From the IMG/VR virus record IMGVR_UViG_3300033233_000010, positions 57,784-121,783 of that record: a stretch of DNA of 64,000 nucleotides; one strand, 5' to 3'. Under the pieces are notes generated by a model. The model ran no database searches. It saw only the letters and a program-made list of their open reading frames with translations, and had not been told where the DNA came from. Positions 1 through 9,800 of the stretch are shown here, one piece after another (the first letter of the stretch is position 1; the number at the start of each line of letters is the position of its first letter). The DNA is from a virus. The position numbers and the translations under genes are program-made.

Positions 1-975
1 GCTCATGGTTCCGGTGCCACCCGTACAGCCAGTGAATTGATTGCCTCCGCTCGTCCCGGTGTAGGACACGAGTTGCGGGCCGTTACTGGTCGTTATCAGA
101 AGCGTGCCGGCGGCGGCGAAGCCCGTCGTCGAGGCGACGTTGATGGTTCCAGTAGGCAGCGAGACGCCGTTGGAACCGGCTGCGATCGTCGTTCGGAGTC
201 GGAAGAATACGAGGCCGCCGGTGCTCATGGTGCCGGTGCCGCCGGTACAACCGGTGAAGGTCGTGGCGCCTGTGCCCGTGTAGGTAACGATCTGCGGACC
301 CGCGCTCGTCAAGACGACGATCTGTCCGGCAGCGGCGAAGCCCGTCGTCGAGGCGACGTTGATGGTTCCAGTCGGCAGCGAGACGCCGTTTGAGGCCGCA
401 GCGATGGTTGTGTTCGCCGCAGGCCACGTCGTCGCGGTCGTGGTCTGATTCGACGTGACTTCCGTCCACTGCGTCTGAACGATTCCACCAGCGCCGGAGG
501 CGCCGCCAGCCGCGCCCTGAATACGCCAGCGAGATGACGTAGCGTCGTAGGCGAGGGTAACGATGGCACCGCCGACGAGCGTGACGTTGCCACCAGCAAG
601 CGTGAAGCGGTTGGCCGCGGTCGAGGAAGCAGACTCACTGATGAGCGTGATCGTGTTCGAGTCGATGTTGATGAGCGTGAGAAGGCGCCCGCTCGTTCCT
701 CCAGCGATGCCGGTGATGTTGACGGCGACCGAAGACGTGAGTCGAAGTGTTGACGCGGTCGCAAGCCCGGTCGGGCTGTAGTTGTCCTGGTTGGCCGCGA
801 GCGAAGTCGGCGAAATGACGCCGGTCAGCGCGAACGTCTCGGAACCGGCAATCGCTTTGAGGAGAGTAGCCCGAACAGCGGGAAGCGTGGGAGTGCCGCC
901 ATCGTCCACGAGGGCAACGATGTCTCCGATGAAGGTGTTGATCTCTCGGATCTGGTCGGCGGCGATCCCACTCAT
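1..975 (-). CDS. Tail fibre / virion structural protein, truncated by the window edge (absent from the ORF track)
   Basis: Manual translation from ATG at 975 (MSGIAADQIREINTF...) is open to position 1. It is Thr/Gly/Ala-rich and has two copies of a 73-aa repeat (219-nt period). Confidence 0.75.
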   Translation of the reverse strand, partial: MSGIAADQIREINTFIGDIVALVDDGGTPTLPAVRATLLKAIAGSETFALTGVISPTSLAANQDNYSPTGLATASTLRLTSSVAVNITGIAGGTSGRLLTLINIDSNTITLISESASSTAANRFTLAGGNVTLVGGAIVTLAYDATSSRWRIQGAAGGASGAGGIVQTQWTEVTSNQTTTATTWPAANTTIAAASNGVSLPTGTINVASTTGFAAAGQIVVLTSAGPQIVTYTGTGATTFTGCTGGTGTMSTGGLVFFRLRTTIAAGSNGVSLPTGTINVASTTGFAAAGTLLITTSNGPQLVSYTGTSGGNQFTGCTGGTGTMS

Positions 976-998
976 GGACTAATCTCTACGTCTCCGCT

Positions 999-2096
999 TT
1001 AGGTGAAGGATGCCGGGCTCTCGATCTGGATGCGGTCGCCCGACTTGACCTTCGTCGTGAAGCTGACCTGCGTCGTGGAGACCCAGGTTACATCCTCACC
1101 GGCGCCCTTGGCTTGGAGAACCCCGTTCCGCCAGATTTTGCAGCGCGAGTCGTCGCGGAACTCGGCAGCTGTGCTTGGTGTGATGGGCGTACCGAAGCTG
1201 GCGAACGTCGTGGTGGTTCCGGTGCCCGAGAACACGCCCGTCTGGACGTTGAACGTCTCTGCCGCCGCCGCCTGGGCTGTGACGTTGAACTGCCGGAAGG
1301 GGAGGCGCGTGACGACCGAAGTGGGGTCGATGATGTCGGGGAGCTGACCACCCGAGAGGAAGGCGCCGCGATCGAGGCCGTAGAAGCTCTGCTGGAACGG
1401 AAGTTGGAACTGGTAAGTTCCGGCGGGCAACGTGACCGCGACGATCGCGTCCGTCGTCGGGTTGATCTTGACGAAGCTGATCTGGAGGTTCTCGCTGGCC
1501 GCGGCGGCGATGGCCGTACCGTCCGACGTGCCCGTGAGCACCTGGAGCAGACCGAACACGCGCGTGCCACCGTCGAGCGGCGGATCGTTCGTGCTCCCGA
1601 TGAAGATGTCCACCTCGTTGAGCACCACAGCTGCCGCCGAAGCAGCCGTGGAGAGTCCGACGCCGAGCGTACCGGCGACGGTGAAGTTGGCCTCGGTCGC
1701 GGCGAGGTAGGCGTTGTTCTGGGTGCTCGACGGCCCGACCGCGATGATGCCCGAACCGCCAGCGACCATCGCGGACGAAACGAGCTTGCCGAGCGCGCCC
1801 GCGCCGAGCGTGAAGACGTTGTTCGTGTCGCGCGGCGACTTGAACACGAACTTTTTGTCGTGAATTTGGCGCAAACCGAAGTTGTCGAGAGCCGTAGCGA
1901 TGCTCACGAACCAGTCGGCGGTCCCAACCTGTGTCTGCGGGTCGATGATGCGCCGGACCTGCGATCGGAGCCCGTTCAGGTCGAACAGGATGTTCTGGTC
2001 TGCGGCGGCGGGCGTCTCCAGACCGGCACCGGGAGGAACGGTGTCGTCGTAGACATCCGAGTTGCGGATCTGTGTTTCTTGGTCGAGAGTGCTCAT
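999..2096 (-). CDS. Putative virion structural protein
   Basis: 365 aa, Gly/Ala/Thr-rich. The C-terminal domain (FRDDSRCKIWRNGVLQAKG...) resembles that of the adjacent ORF. Confidence 0.6.
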   Translation of the reverse strand: MSTLDQETQIRNSDVYDDTVPPGAGLETPAAADQNILFDLNGLRSQVRRIIDPQTQVGTADWFVSIATALDNFGLRQIHDKKFVFKSPRDTNNVFTLGAGALGKLVSSAMVAGGSGIIAVGPSSTQNNAYLAATEANFTVAGTLGVGLSTAASAAAVVLNEVDIFIGSTNDPPLDGGTRVFGLLQVLTGTSDGTAIAAAASENLQISFVKINPTTDAIVAVTLPAGTYQFQLPFQQSFYGLDRGAFLSGGQLPDIIDPTSVVTRLPFRQFNVTAQAAAAETFNVQTGVFSGTGTTTTFASFGTPITPSTAAEFRDDSRCKIWRNGVLQAKGAGEDVTWVSTTQVSFTTKVKSGDRIQIESPASFT

Positions 2097-2108
2097 TCAG
2101 AGGGCTCC

Positions 2109-3011
2109 TTACGCGGTCGGGAACGGCGCCCGAACCATGATGGTATCCTTATTCTTGACCTTGACACGCATCTTGATCTGCGTCGCAGAGACCCATTCCG
2201 CGATGCCGTTGCCAGAGCCGTCGCCCTTCGGAAGATCCTGCCCGTTCAGGTGAACTTCGATTCGCCCATCGTCCTTGAAAGCGGCACCCGACGCCGGGAG
2301 TGTAACATTCAGATCGCCAGACACCGGGGCGGGCGAGAACAGACCGCCGCCATAGGCCCCCGTCCGAATGTTGATGGCGGTGTCCGGGACGACCGTCTCG
2401 ACGAACGGCCCGATGACGACTTCGCGCAGCTCGAAGGAGTTGAAGTCGAGAATCGCCTCGTCCGGTCCACCGAGCGTGAGCGTGTTGTTGGGCACGATGA
2501 TGGTCTTCGTCGGGTCGACGACCGGGAAGCCGTCCACTTCGCGCACTTTGACGCCACTGCCGATGACCTCGCCCTCCTCGTCGAGTTCGAGCTGATGAAC
2601 CCGCGTCTCCAGGTCGTCGATGATCGGCCCGAGATCGGGGAAGGGCGGCGGCGGGGGCGCGGGAGCTGGGAAGACCTGACCCGACGGCAGGACTGTGCTG
2701 CCCTGGCTCTCGAAAGTCACCTTCTGAACGACCAGCTCAACCGGAGTCGAGGAGAGAACAGCGTCGAGCGCCTGCTGCCGCTGCGCCGGATCGTGGAAGC
2801 GGAAGACGACGTGGTCCTCGCGAACGACCGAGACCTGCCAGTCCTCCACGTCGGGCAGGACGCGTTGAATCGTTTGGGCGAGGATCGTCTTGGGCTTGTC
2901 GGCGGCGAACCTATCCGCACGCTCGAAGTAGATGAACATCGCGTAAATGTAGAATGCCGGACACTCCGCGATGTCCCTCCCGAAAGGCAGGTTATCGTAG
3001 AGGTAGCCCAA
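2109..3011 (-). CDS. Putative virion structural protein
   Basis: 300 aa with a TTG start (uncertain) and a Pro linker. The C-terminal domain FKDDGRIEVHLNGQDLPKG... is paralogous to 999..2096. Confidence 0.55.
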   Translation of the reverse strand: MGYLYDNLPFGRDIAECPAFYIYAMFIYFERADRFAADKPKTILAQTIQRVLPDVEDWQVSVVREDHVVFRFHDPAQRQQALDAVLSSTPVELVVQKVTFESQGSTVLPSGQVFPAPAPPPPPFPDLGPIIDDLETRVHQLELDEEGEVIGSGVKVREVDGFPVVDPTKTIIVPNNTLTLGGPDEAILDFNSFELREVVIGPFVETVVPDTAINIRTGAYGGGLFSPAPVSGDLNVTLPASGAAFKDDGRIEVHLNGQDLPKGDGSGNGIAEWVSATQIKMRVKVKNKDTIMVRAPFPTA

Positions 3012-3022
3012 GGGAGCCCATC

Positions 3023-3232
3023 CTACAGTCGCTTGGCGATGCCGTTCATTTCTCCGATGACCTTGTCGAGCTGGCCGACAACGTCACGGAGGTCGGACGG
3101 CGTGCCCGTGCTCGCCGCCCGCTTGAGGTGGGACAGGTGAGTGTTCGCCAACTGTCCGAGGTCGCGGAGACGGACTCCGAGCATCGGGCTGTGCGATTCC
3201 GCGAGTCCCGCGATCTCGTCAAACCGGCTCAT
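3023..3232 (-). CDS. Small hypothetical protein
   Basis: 69 aa; AGGAG Shine-Dalgarno overlaps the upstream TAG. Confidence 0.6.
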   Translation of the reverse strand: MSRFDEIAGLAESHSPMLGVRLRDLGQLANTHLSHLKRAASTGTPSDLRDVVGQLDKVIGEMNGIAKRL

Positions 3233-3241
3233 GTCGGACTC

Positions 3242-3514
3242 CTACTTGGTGTTGTGCTGAGCGGGCTTGCCCGTGCGCAGCTGCGCCGCCGAGACCTTGG
3301 CCGTGGTCTGGTCGTTGTCGCCGTACTTCGGGTCCGGCTTCGGACGGTAGCGCGTGTTGGGGTCGTGCTTGCCCGTCGTCGAGGTCGTCTCGGGCGGCGT
3401 CTTGCCGTACCACGAGACGGTCTCGGGCGTCGACTTGTCCTCCTCGCCGAGCGACAGAAGGGGGCGCCGCGTGAGCGTGATCCCGAGTCCGGCCATCTGG
3501 TCGAATGCACCCAT
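3242..3514 (-). CDS. Small hypothetical protein
   Basis: 90 aa; AGGAG SD. The N-terminus FDQMAGL resembles FDEIAGL of the next gene. Confidence 0.6.
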   Translation of the reverse strand: MGAFDQMAGLGITLTRRPLLSLGEEDKSTPETVSWYGKTPPETTSTTGKHDPNTRYRPKPDPKYGDNDQTTAKVSAAQLRTGKPAQHNTK

Positions 3515-3523
3515 GTCGATCTC

Positions 3524-3886
3524 CTACCCGTTCGGAACGGTGACTTGCCTGAAGTGGGCGTCGAACTCGTTGAACGACGCGATGCCGACGAAGATCGAGC
3601 CCCTGGTGAGGATGATCTTCGAGACGATGTTCAGAACGTCGACCCCATCGTAGAGGTCGATCTTCTTCTTCTCACCGCCGTTCATCGAGGTCGTGTTCCA
3701 CGGCGATGCGGTCTCGACCGCCAGGCTGGTTCGCGCGCTGCGGATCGTGAACGTCGTGTCCTCGTGGCACCCGATATAGAGGACCGGGATGACGGCGAGC
3801 GCATCGCGATGCACGATCACCAGCTCGTCGTTGGAGGAAACGAGCGGCCAGAAGTCCGTCTTGACTCGGAAGTCGCTCAGTCTCAT
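3524..3886 (-). CDS. Hypothetical protein
   Basis: 120 aa; AGGAG SD 6 nt upstream of the ATG. Confidence 0.6.
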   Translation of the reverse strand: MRLSDFRVKTDFWPLVSSNDELVIVHRDALAVIPVLYIGCHEDTTFTIRSARTSLAVETASPWNTTSMNGGEKKKIDLYDGVDVLNIVSKIILTRGSIFVGIASFNEFDAHFRQVTVPNG

Positions 3887-3952
3887 CGACCGCTCCTACC
3901 CATCGGACCCATCTTCGCAGACGGAGCCCGAGAACGCACGCCAGTTTCGCAC

Positions 3953-4690
3953 CTACACCGCTACCTTACCAGACACTCGGGCGCTTCCGCCCTTCCGTTT
4001 GCGGTGCCTGGCGAGCAGTGCCGAGTACCGATCGTGCGGGGCTCCGGTGATGGGGTGGGCGCCTACCGGCTTGCGATTGGCCGCTTTGCGCGTCGGAGCC
4101 ACGAACGCCATCTTGGCCTTCTTGGCGCCGCCGACGCGACTGATGCTCCCGACGCTCGCGAGCGGACGACGGGAGAGGGTCCGGTGACCGCCGGAGGCAA
4201 CCTTCGGTATGACGGCCTTCGGCTTGGCGGCTCCCGGCGTGGCGGTTTTCGGCTGGGCGGCCTGGGCGAAGGGATCGACGAGCTTGCGCGTGACGCCCAT
4301 GGGAGCCGCGGGCGCGGCGGTCGCTACCGGCTTCTTCGCCTTCGGCTTGCGCGGTTTCCGCAGCTTCTTGGTACGCCCGGTGTCGCCGTGGCAGTGCGCG
4401 CCGATGCGTGTCGTGCCTTTCGGGCACGGCGCGCTGGCGAGCGGACGGCGAGCGAGGCTGGTGACTGGATGGGCGGGAGCCTTCGGAACGGCGAGTGGAG
4501 CGGCCTTGGGAGCGGTCTTCGGAGTGCCCTTCGGCGCTGCTGTGGGAGCCGCTGTGGGAGCCTTTGGAGCGGCCTTCCCACCGACCGGCTTGGCGTACTT
4601 CTTGACGATGGCCTGGATTCCCTCTCGGGCCCTGGTACCCCACTCGTCGAGCGACCGGAAGGCCGCGATGGCTTCGCTCAGCTCGTCCAA
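3953..4690 (-). CDS. Lys/Ala/Pro-rich basic protein
   Basis: 245 aa, low complexity, TTG start, small CPKGTTRIGAHC motif. Confidence 0.55.
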   Translation of the reverse strand: MDELSEAIAAFRSLDEWGTRAREGIQAIVKKYAKPVGGKAAPKAPTAAPTAAPKGTPKTAPKAAPLAVPKAPAHPVTSLARRPLASAPCPKGTTRIGAHCHGDTGRTKKLRKPRKPKAKKPVATAAPAAPMGVTRKLVDPFAQAAQPKTATPGAAKPKAVIPKVASGGHRTLSRRPLASVGSISRVGGAKKAKMAFVAPTRKAANRKPVGAHPITGAPHDRYSALLARHRKRKGGSARVSGKVAV

Positions 4691-4693
4691 GGC

Positions 4694-5059
4694 TCAGTCT
4701 CCAGCGATGACCGATTCGACCGATGTCGCGTTGGGTCCGGTGGTGATGAAGATCCCGGGGATACCGGAAGTGCTCGACCACTGGCCGTCGCCGGGGCCGA
4801 ACTTGAAGCCGGCATCGGTGCTGACACCGATCTTGAGCGTGACCTCTTGGTCGGTCCGAAGGAAGACCCGCTTGGCGAGCGTGACGCCACCCATCGGGAG
4901 GGGCACGTTCGTCTGGAGCCCGGCGATGACCTGCGGCGAGGTCGTGGTGACCTCGGTCACGTCCTTCGAGTCCTGGGTCGTCTTCTTGGTCTCCGAGACG
5001 TTCGCGGCGTTGATGACCTCGAAGGTCCCCTGCATCTTGACGGTTCTCGTAGCAGCCAT
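4694..5059 (-). CDS. Hypothetical (probably virion) protein
   Basis: 121 aa, beta-rich composition, codon usage like neighbouring genes. Confidence 0.6.
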   Translation of the reverse strand: MAATRTVKMQGTFEVINAANVSETKKTTQDSKDVTEVTTTSPQVIAGLQTNVPLPMGGVTLAKRVFLRTDQEVTLKIGVSTDAGFKFGPGDGQWSSTSGIPGIFITTGPNATSVESVIAGD

Positions 5060-5116
5060 CGGGCCTCGCTCCCTGCCTTGGGATTCTACTCGTTCGGGTC
5101 GAAACTCGAAATGAGC

Positions 5117-6133
5117 TTACTTGCTCCCGCGTCGGCCCGGCTTCTTGGGCTCGATGGGCGGCTCCGGCTCCGGCTCCAGGGGTTCGTCGAGGATCACGAC
5201 CACATCGTTGTCCGAATCCTCGGCTGCGACCGGCGGCGGCTGCGGCGGCGCTGGCGGAGCCGGAGGCGCTCCGATGCGGTGAACGGTCCTCGGAGCGGGG
5301 TCGCGTGGGAAAACAGGTAGCCCGGTCGCGGGGGCGGCCTCGGCGACGACCACCGGCGCCTTTGGATCTCGGGGGAAGGCGGGGAGCGTCGACGGCGCGG
5401 CCTGGATCGCCGGGATCTTCGGCTCGAACGCCTCGATGATGTAGAGGAGCTTGTTTCCAGCGCGGCCTGGCATCGACGCGGAAACGGCCTTGCCGTTGAC
5501 CCGGAGCACGAGCTTCTCGAACGCCTCAGCCGTCGGGAGCCACGAGTTGATACGACCCGCGGGGATGTGCTCGTTCTGCCCGAGCTTCACCTCGATGGCG
5601 AGCTGGCCGCCCGGCTTGAGGAGCTTGAGCGCCACGACGAGCGCCTCAACGGGGAAGACGGCCTCCTCGAAGCACTCCGGCCAGATGACGAGGTCGAAGA
5701 CCCCGAGCGATTCGAGGTGCCCTTCGGTGGGCCATCCGCCGAAGCAGCGGGTTCGGTGCTGGTCCGGGATCTCCTCGCTCTCGTTCTTGCGGACGGGGTG
5801 GACCTCGTTGAGCACCCCCGTAACGAGATCGAGACCTGCGCGGAAGCGGGCGCGGGGCTCGATGGAGACGACCTCGGCGACGCCCAAGTCGAGCGCAGCT
5901 GCGGGGAGCCCGCCCAGCCCGGCCCCGATAACAGCCACACGGTGTTCTTCGGCGAAGTCGGCGAGCCCGAGCTTGGCCTTGAGGAGCGCGATGTAGTCGT
6001 AGGGGTCGCACGGCCCAGGCAGCTCCAGCTCGTGCCGGAGGACCGGGATCTTGAACGTCGTCGGATCGCCCGGCGCGAATGCCGATGAGTGCCGGATGCG
6101 ATCGACAGCCGCGACCAACTCGTCGTGTTTCAT
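5117..6133 (-). CDS. Class I SAM-dependent methyltransferase-like protein with Pro-rich tail
   Basis: VAVIGAGLGG (motif I), VVSIEP (motif II), FDLVIW, and LLKPGGQL. Confidence 0.6.
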   Translation of the reverse strand: MKHDELVAAVDRIRHSSAFAPGDPTTFKIPVLRHELELPGPCDPYDYIALLKAKLGLADFAEEHRVAVIGAGLGGLPAAALDLGVAEVVSIEPRARFRAGLDLVTGVLNEVHPVRKNESEEIPDQHRTRCFGGWPTEGHLESLGVFDLVIWPECFEEAVFPVEALVVALKLLKPGGQLAIEVKLGQNEHIPAGRINSWLPTAEAFEKLVLRVNGKAVSASMPGRAGNKLLYIIEAFEPKIPAIQAAPSTLPAFPRDPKAPVVVAEAAPATGLPVFPRDPAPRTVHRIGAPPAPPAPPQPPPVAAEDSDNDVVVILDEPLEPEPEPPIEPKKPGRRGSK

Positions 6134-6154
6134 GCGTCCTCCAACCGGCCTATC

Positions 6155-6892
6155 TTACGGGAAAAGCGTCTCGCCGGTCTCGTGGTAGTAGTCGGCGCCG
6201 AATCTGTGAAGGGCGCGCTCTGGGGCGTCCTCCCACTCGACCGCCTTGATCGTCTCTGGGGTGGAGATGTGAGTGGTGCGCCCGACGAGTCCTGGGAGCC
6301 GTTCCAGCATGTCCTCCGGTACGGAGGAGAACCGCTGGCTCCACGCGTTCGCCGCCGCTTCCCGACCAGGGAACCCGACAGCGCGAAGCAGCTTCTCTGG
6401 GGAGACGAGGATAACGCCGTAGGGCGCGAGTCCACCGGCATCCCGATCAAACTCTCCCCACCGGACGAACTTGACGTGCATCGTCGGTTTGGGATCGTCT
6501 GGCGGAGACGCAGCGTTGAGCTTCTCCTCAATCATCGCAGCTACCGGCGGATCGTCCTCGTCAAAAGAGGCCGATCCGGTCCTCCATCTTTCGAGCATCG
6601 ACTCATCGGTGGAGCTGATCTTTTCCAGGTCGATCGCTTCCTCTGGGAAGGAGCCGCCGACGACGATCCGAAACTTGTCCTGCCCGGCGACGATGTCGCG
6701 CACGTAATCCGCGACGACCGCATAGCTCCCTTCGGCGATGTAGGCGCCGCAGACGACGAGCGCGATCTTGGCATCGACCGCCTTGGCGAAGACGACGGGA
6801 TGAAATGGCGCGATGTGCCCCACGTCCGGCCACACGAGTCGACTCCGAACCTTGTTGTCCAGAACGAAGCGAACGACCGCGTCGAGGTTCAC
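6155..6892 (-). CDS. Hypothetical protein
   Basis: Start reassigned to GTG at 6892, which overlaps the TGA of the giant ORF (GTGA coupling); 245 aa. Confidence 0.6.
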   Translation of the reverse strand: MNLDAVVRFVLDNKVRSRLVWPDVGHIAPFHPVVFAKAVDAKIALVVCGAYIAEGSYAVVADYVRDIVAGQDKFRIVVGGSFPEEAIDLEKISSTDESMLERWRTGSASFDEDDPPVAAMIEEKLNAASPPDDPKPTMHVKFVRWGEFDRDAGGLAPYGVILVSPEKLLRAVGFPGREAAANAWSQRFSSVPEDMLERLPGLVGRTTHISTPETIKAVEWEDAPERALHRFGADYYHETGETLFP

Positions 6893-9800
6893 TTGATCAC
6901 CTCTTCGAGAGGCCGCTTGTCGGGTCCGGCATGGGTGATGCCCGCCGCTTTGAGCTTCTCGATCACCGGCTTCGGGTCGATGTCGTACTTTGAGAGGTTG
7001 AGCTGCGCGAGCCACTTCCAGAAGGAGATGCGATCGCCGACCATCACCTCCTTCGAGGGACCGCTGGCGCTGGCAGCAGCAACGGCTTCTGCGACACAGA
7101 CCATTCGGTTCTCCTGCACGGAGCCGGTGCGATTCGACACTTGGCCGTGGCTGTAGTCGACCTTTGTGCCGTAGTTGTCGCCCTTGTGGTGCCACGCCGA
7201 CGTTTCGAGGAGAAGCCGGGGATCGAACTGGGCCCACCCGCTGTCGTGCTTGACCTTGGAGATGAAGAGGAAGATGTCGTTCGCGCCGCCGCTTTGCACG
7301 TCGGCACCGGGCGAGATACCGCCCAGCGCCTTGCCGTAGACGCCGAGGCCGATGTGGGCTCGCTTCTCGGTCGCGTAGATGCCGCCCATGTTGATCATGG
7401 ATAGGAGACTCTCCTTCTCCTTTCCGTAGGTGAGGCTCGCTTTGGAGAGCGTGAGCCCATCGTCCATCCACTTCTTCATTTCCTCGCCTGTAACATCGAA
7501 GCGGTTGAACGCGGCTCGCCCCTCACCCGAGTCGTGGGCGAGCGGCTGATAGTTGGCGTTGCGCTTGTTGCTCCCGTCGGCGTTCTTCTTGTAGACAGCC
7601 TGGCCCGCCGCCGTCTTGAGTTTGCCGTTGGCGGTACGCTCGGGTTCGTAGCGCGGATCGTAGCCGAGTGGCCCGCGACCAGCGGCGGTCGGCGTCTGCT
7701 TGAACTTGTCGACCCACCACTCGATCTTCTTCTCAGCCGAACCACTCGGCTCATCGGCGAGCTTGACCGAGCCCACTCCGTAGCCTTCGATGCGCCTGAG
7801 CCACGCCATGCGCCGGAGGTAGGTCAGTTCGTGGTCCTTCTCATCGGCTGGTCGTATGTCAGTGCCGAGAATGTGCGCGACCTTCTTGGTGTAGTCGGCG
7901 ATCTGTTCCTTTGTTGCCCCTTCGGGAAATTGGACGCGGACGGTTCCGCCGCGCGCCGGGTACTTTCGTTTGGAGCCGTGCCCCATGTGCCCAGGAACGT
8001 AATGGACCAGCAGGCGCTTGGTCGGAGCCAGCTTGCCGCCAGCGACCGCTACGCCAGTGACGGCGTCGGTAAGATCCAGCTGGTAAGTGTCCATCTCATT
8101 TTCGTCTTTATCGAACGGCTTCCCGAAGGTCCCGTCCCACGTCGCCTCCTTGGAGACGAGATTGTCTCCTGCCGGATTGCTCTTCAACTTGGCCTCGGGG
8201 ACCGGGTAGTAGCTGAGCTTGGTCGCGGCCAGCTTTCCAGCCTTGACCGCGTCGGCGTCGGCTGCTTTCGTGTCATCCTCGTACTTCTTGAGGCTCTTCT
8301 GGTAGTCGGCTTCCGCCTTGGTCTTCTTCTCCTCCCACGCGGCTTTGGCCGTCTCGACGGCCTGCGCGTGAGCGGCTTCGACGTTCGCCTTGGCCTTCTT
8401 CTGGGCAGCGAGGTGTGCTTTCGCCGGCTCGAAGCGCTTGATTTCCTGCTCGTCGGTGGGGATCTCGCTGGCCGCCTTGAGCGCATAGGACCCGTCGGGA
8501 GCGAGGTGTCCGAGTCGATTGAACTCGGACAGGTAGTGCTCGCCCGCCGCCTTCTCGACCGGATCGGCAGACTGGGCGGCGGCGCTGGCGGCGTCGATGC
8601 CCTGCTTCAAGTAGTGGTACTTGACGCCGCCCGCGCCTTCCTTGAAGTGCTTGTAGACGTACTTCTCGATCTTGGTGACGGGGACGACGGTCCCGTCGGG
8701 GAGAGTTTTCGTAGCGGAACTCGTGTCACCGGCTGCGCCGATGATCTTCTTGTGGAAGTCGCCACCCTTCGCACTGAACGTCGGCTTGGGCGGCGGCTCG
8801 AAGGGCTGGATGTCGGGCGGTTCCGGCGCAGCGATGGCCGAAGCACCACCGGCTGCACCCGGCAGTCGAGATTCGAGCTTCGTTCGCGCTCCGGTGTCGA
8901 GAATGAACGTCGCCATCGTGTTGTTGCCCAGATGGAACATCTGGAGACGGCCATCCTTCACGTCTTGGCCGCCGACCATGAGATCGACACCGGCGTGTCC
9001 CTGCTTCACGCGAACGTGATCATCAGGGATCTGCGACATAGTCGGCAACTTGGGATCGAGCCAGTTGTGCGGCGGTCCGGGCTCGGTCGCGGCAGCGAGC
9101 GCCTTCTTGTCGACCTTCGCAACGACGGGCTTCCCTTGGAGGAATTCGTCGATGCCCATCTGGTCGCGGACCTCGGACTCGATTGCCGAGATGGGACGCG
9201 CGTCGCCCTTCGCCTTGAGCGAAGCGGCGCGCTGCTTGGCGAGCTGCGCGTAGAAGTCTCCGACCTCGGAGCGGATCTTCTTTCGGCGCGCGTCCATTCC
9301 ATCGAGGAACCCGTCGACGGTCTGATCGGACTTGACAGCCGAGTAGCCGGCGACGGCTCCGAACTTCTGCACGCTCCCTTCGGCGTAAGGCTTCCACATC
9401 TTCTTGTAAGTGTCTGACGGGATCGACTCGGCGCGAGCGATGACGCTCTCGAACTCGGGGCTCGTGAGCGGCATGAGCGCAATGTCCTCACCGTCCGACC
9501 AGTCGCGAAGCATCCTTCCAGGGAAACCCTTACCCTGGTCTTGGCTGACAGACTGGAAGCCCTTGACCGTAGGACTCGGGGCTTCCCACTTGAGCTTCTT
9601 CGTGAGCGTCATCGACGAGTCGAAGAACCGCGCGGCCTGCCCATGATCGACCGGCGTGACGTTGCCTTTGTCGTCGGCGACGAAATTTCCGTTGTGATCG
9701 TCGTAGTCGTCGTTGAGCCAGTTGGCGATCACCGCCTTCTGGAGCTGCTTCGCGATCTTGTCCTTGTGGACGTGCGTCTTCCACGGCTCGTGCTCGCCGT

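Noticed and set aside
3023-6892. Seven consecutive genes in one frame as a single recoded ORF
   Set aside because: The upstream junctions use TAA and TGA, and most genes have their own SD or coupled start. Only the TAG-linked subset is kept as a finding.
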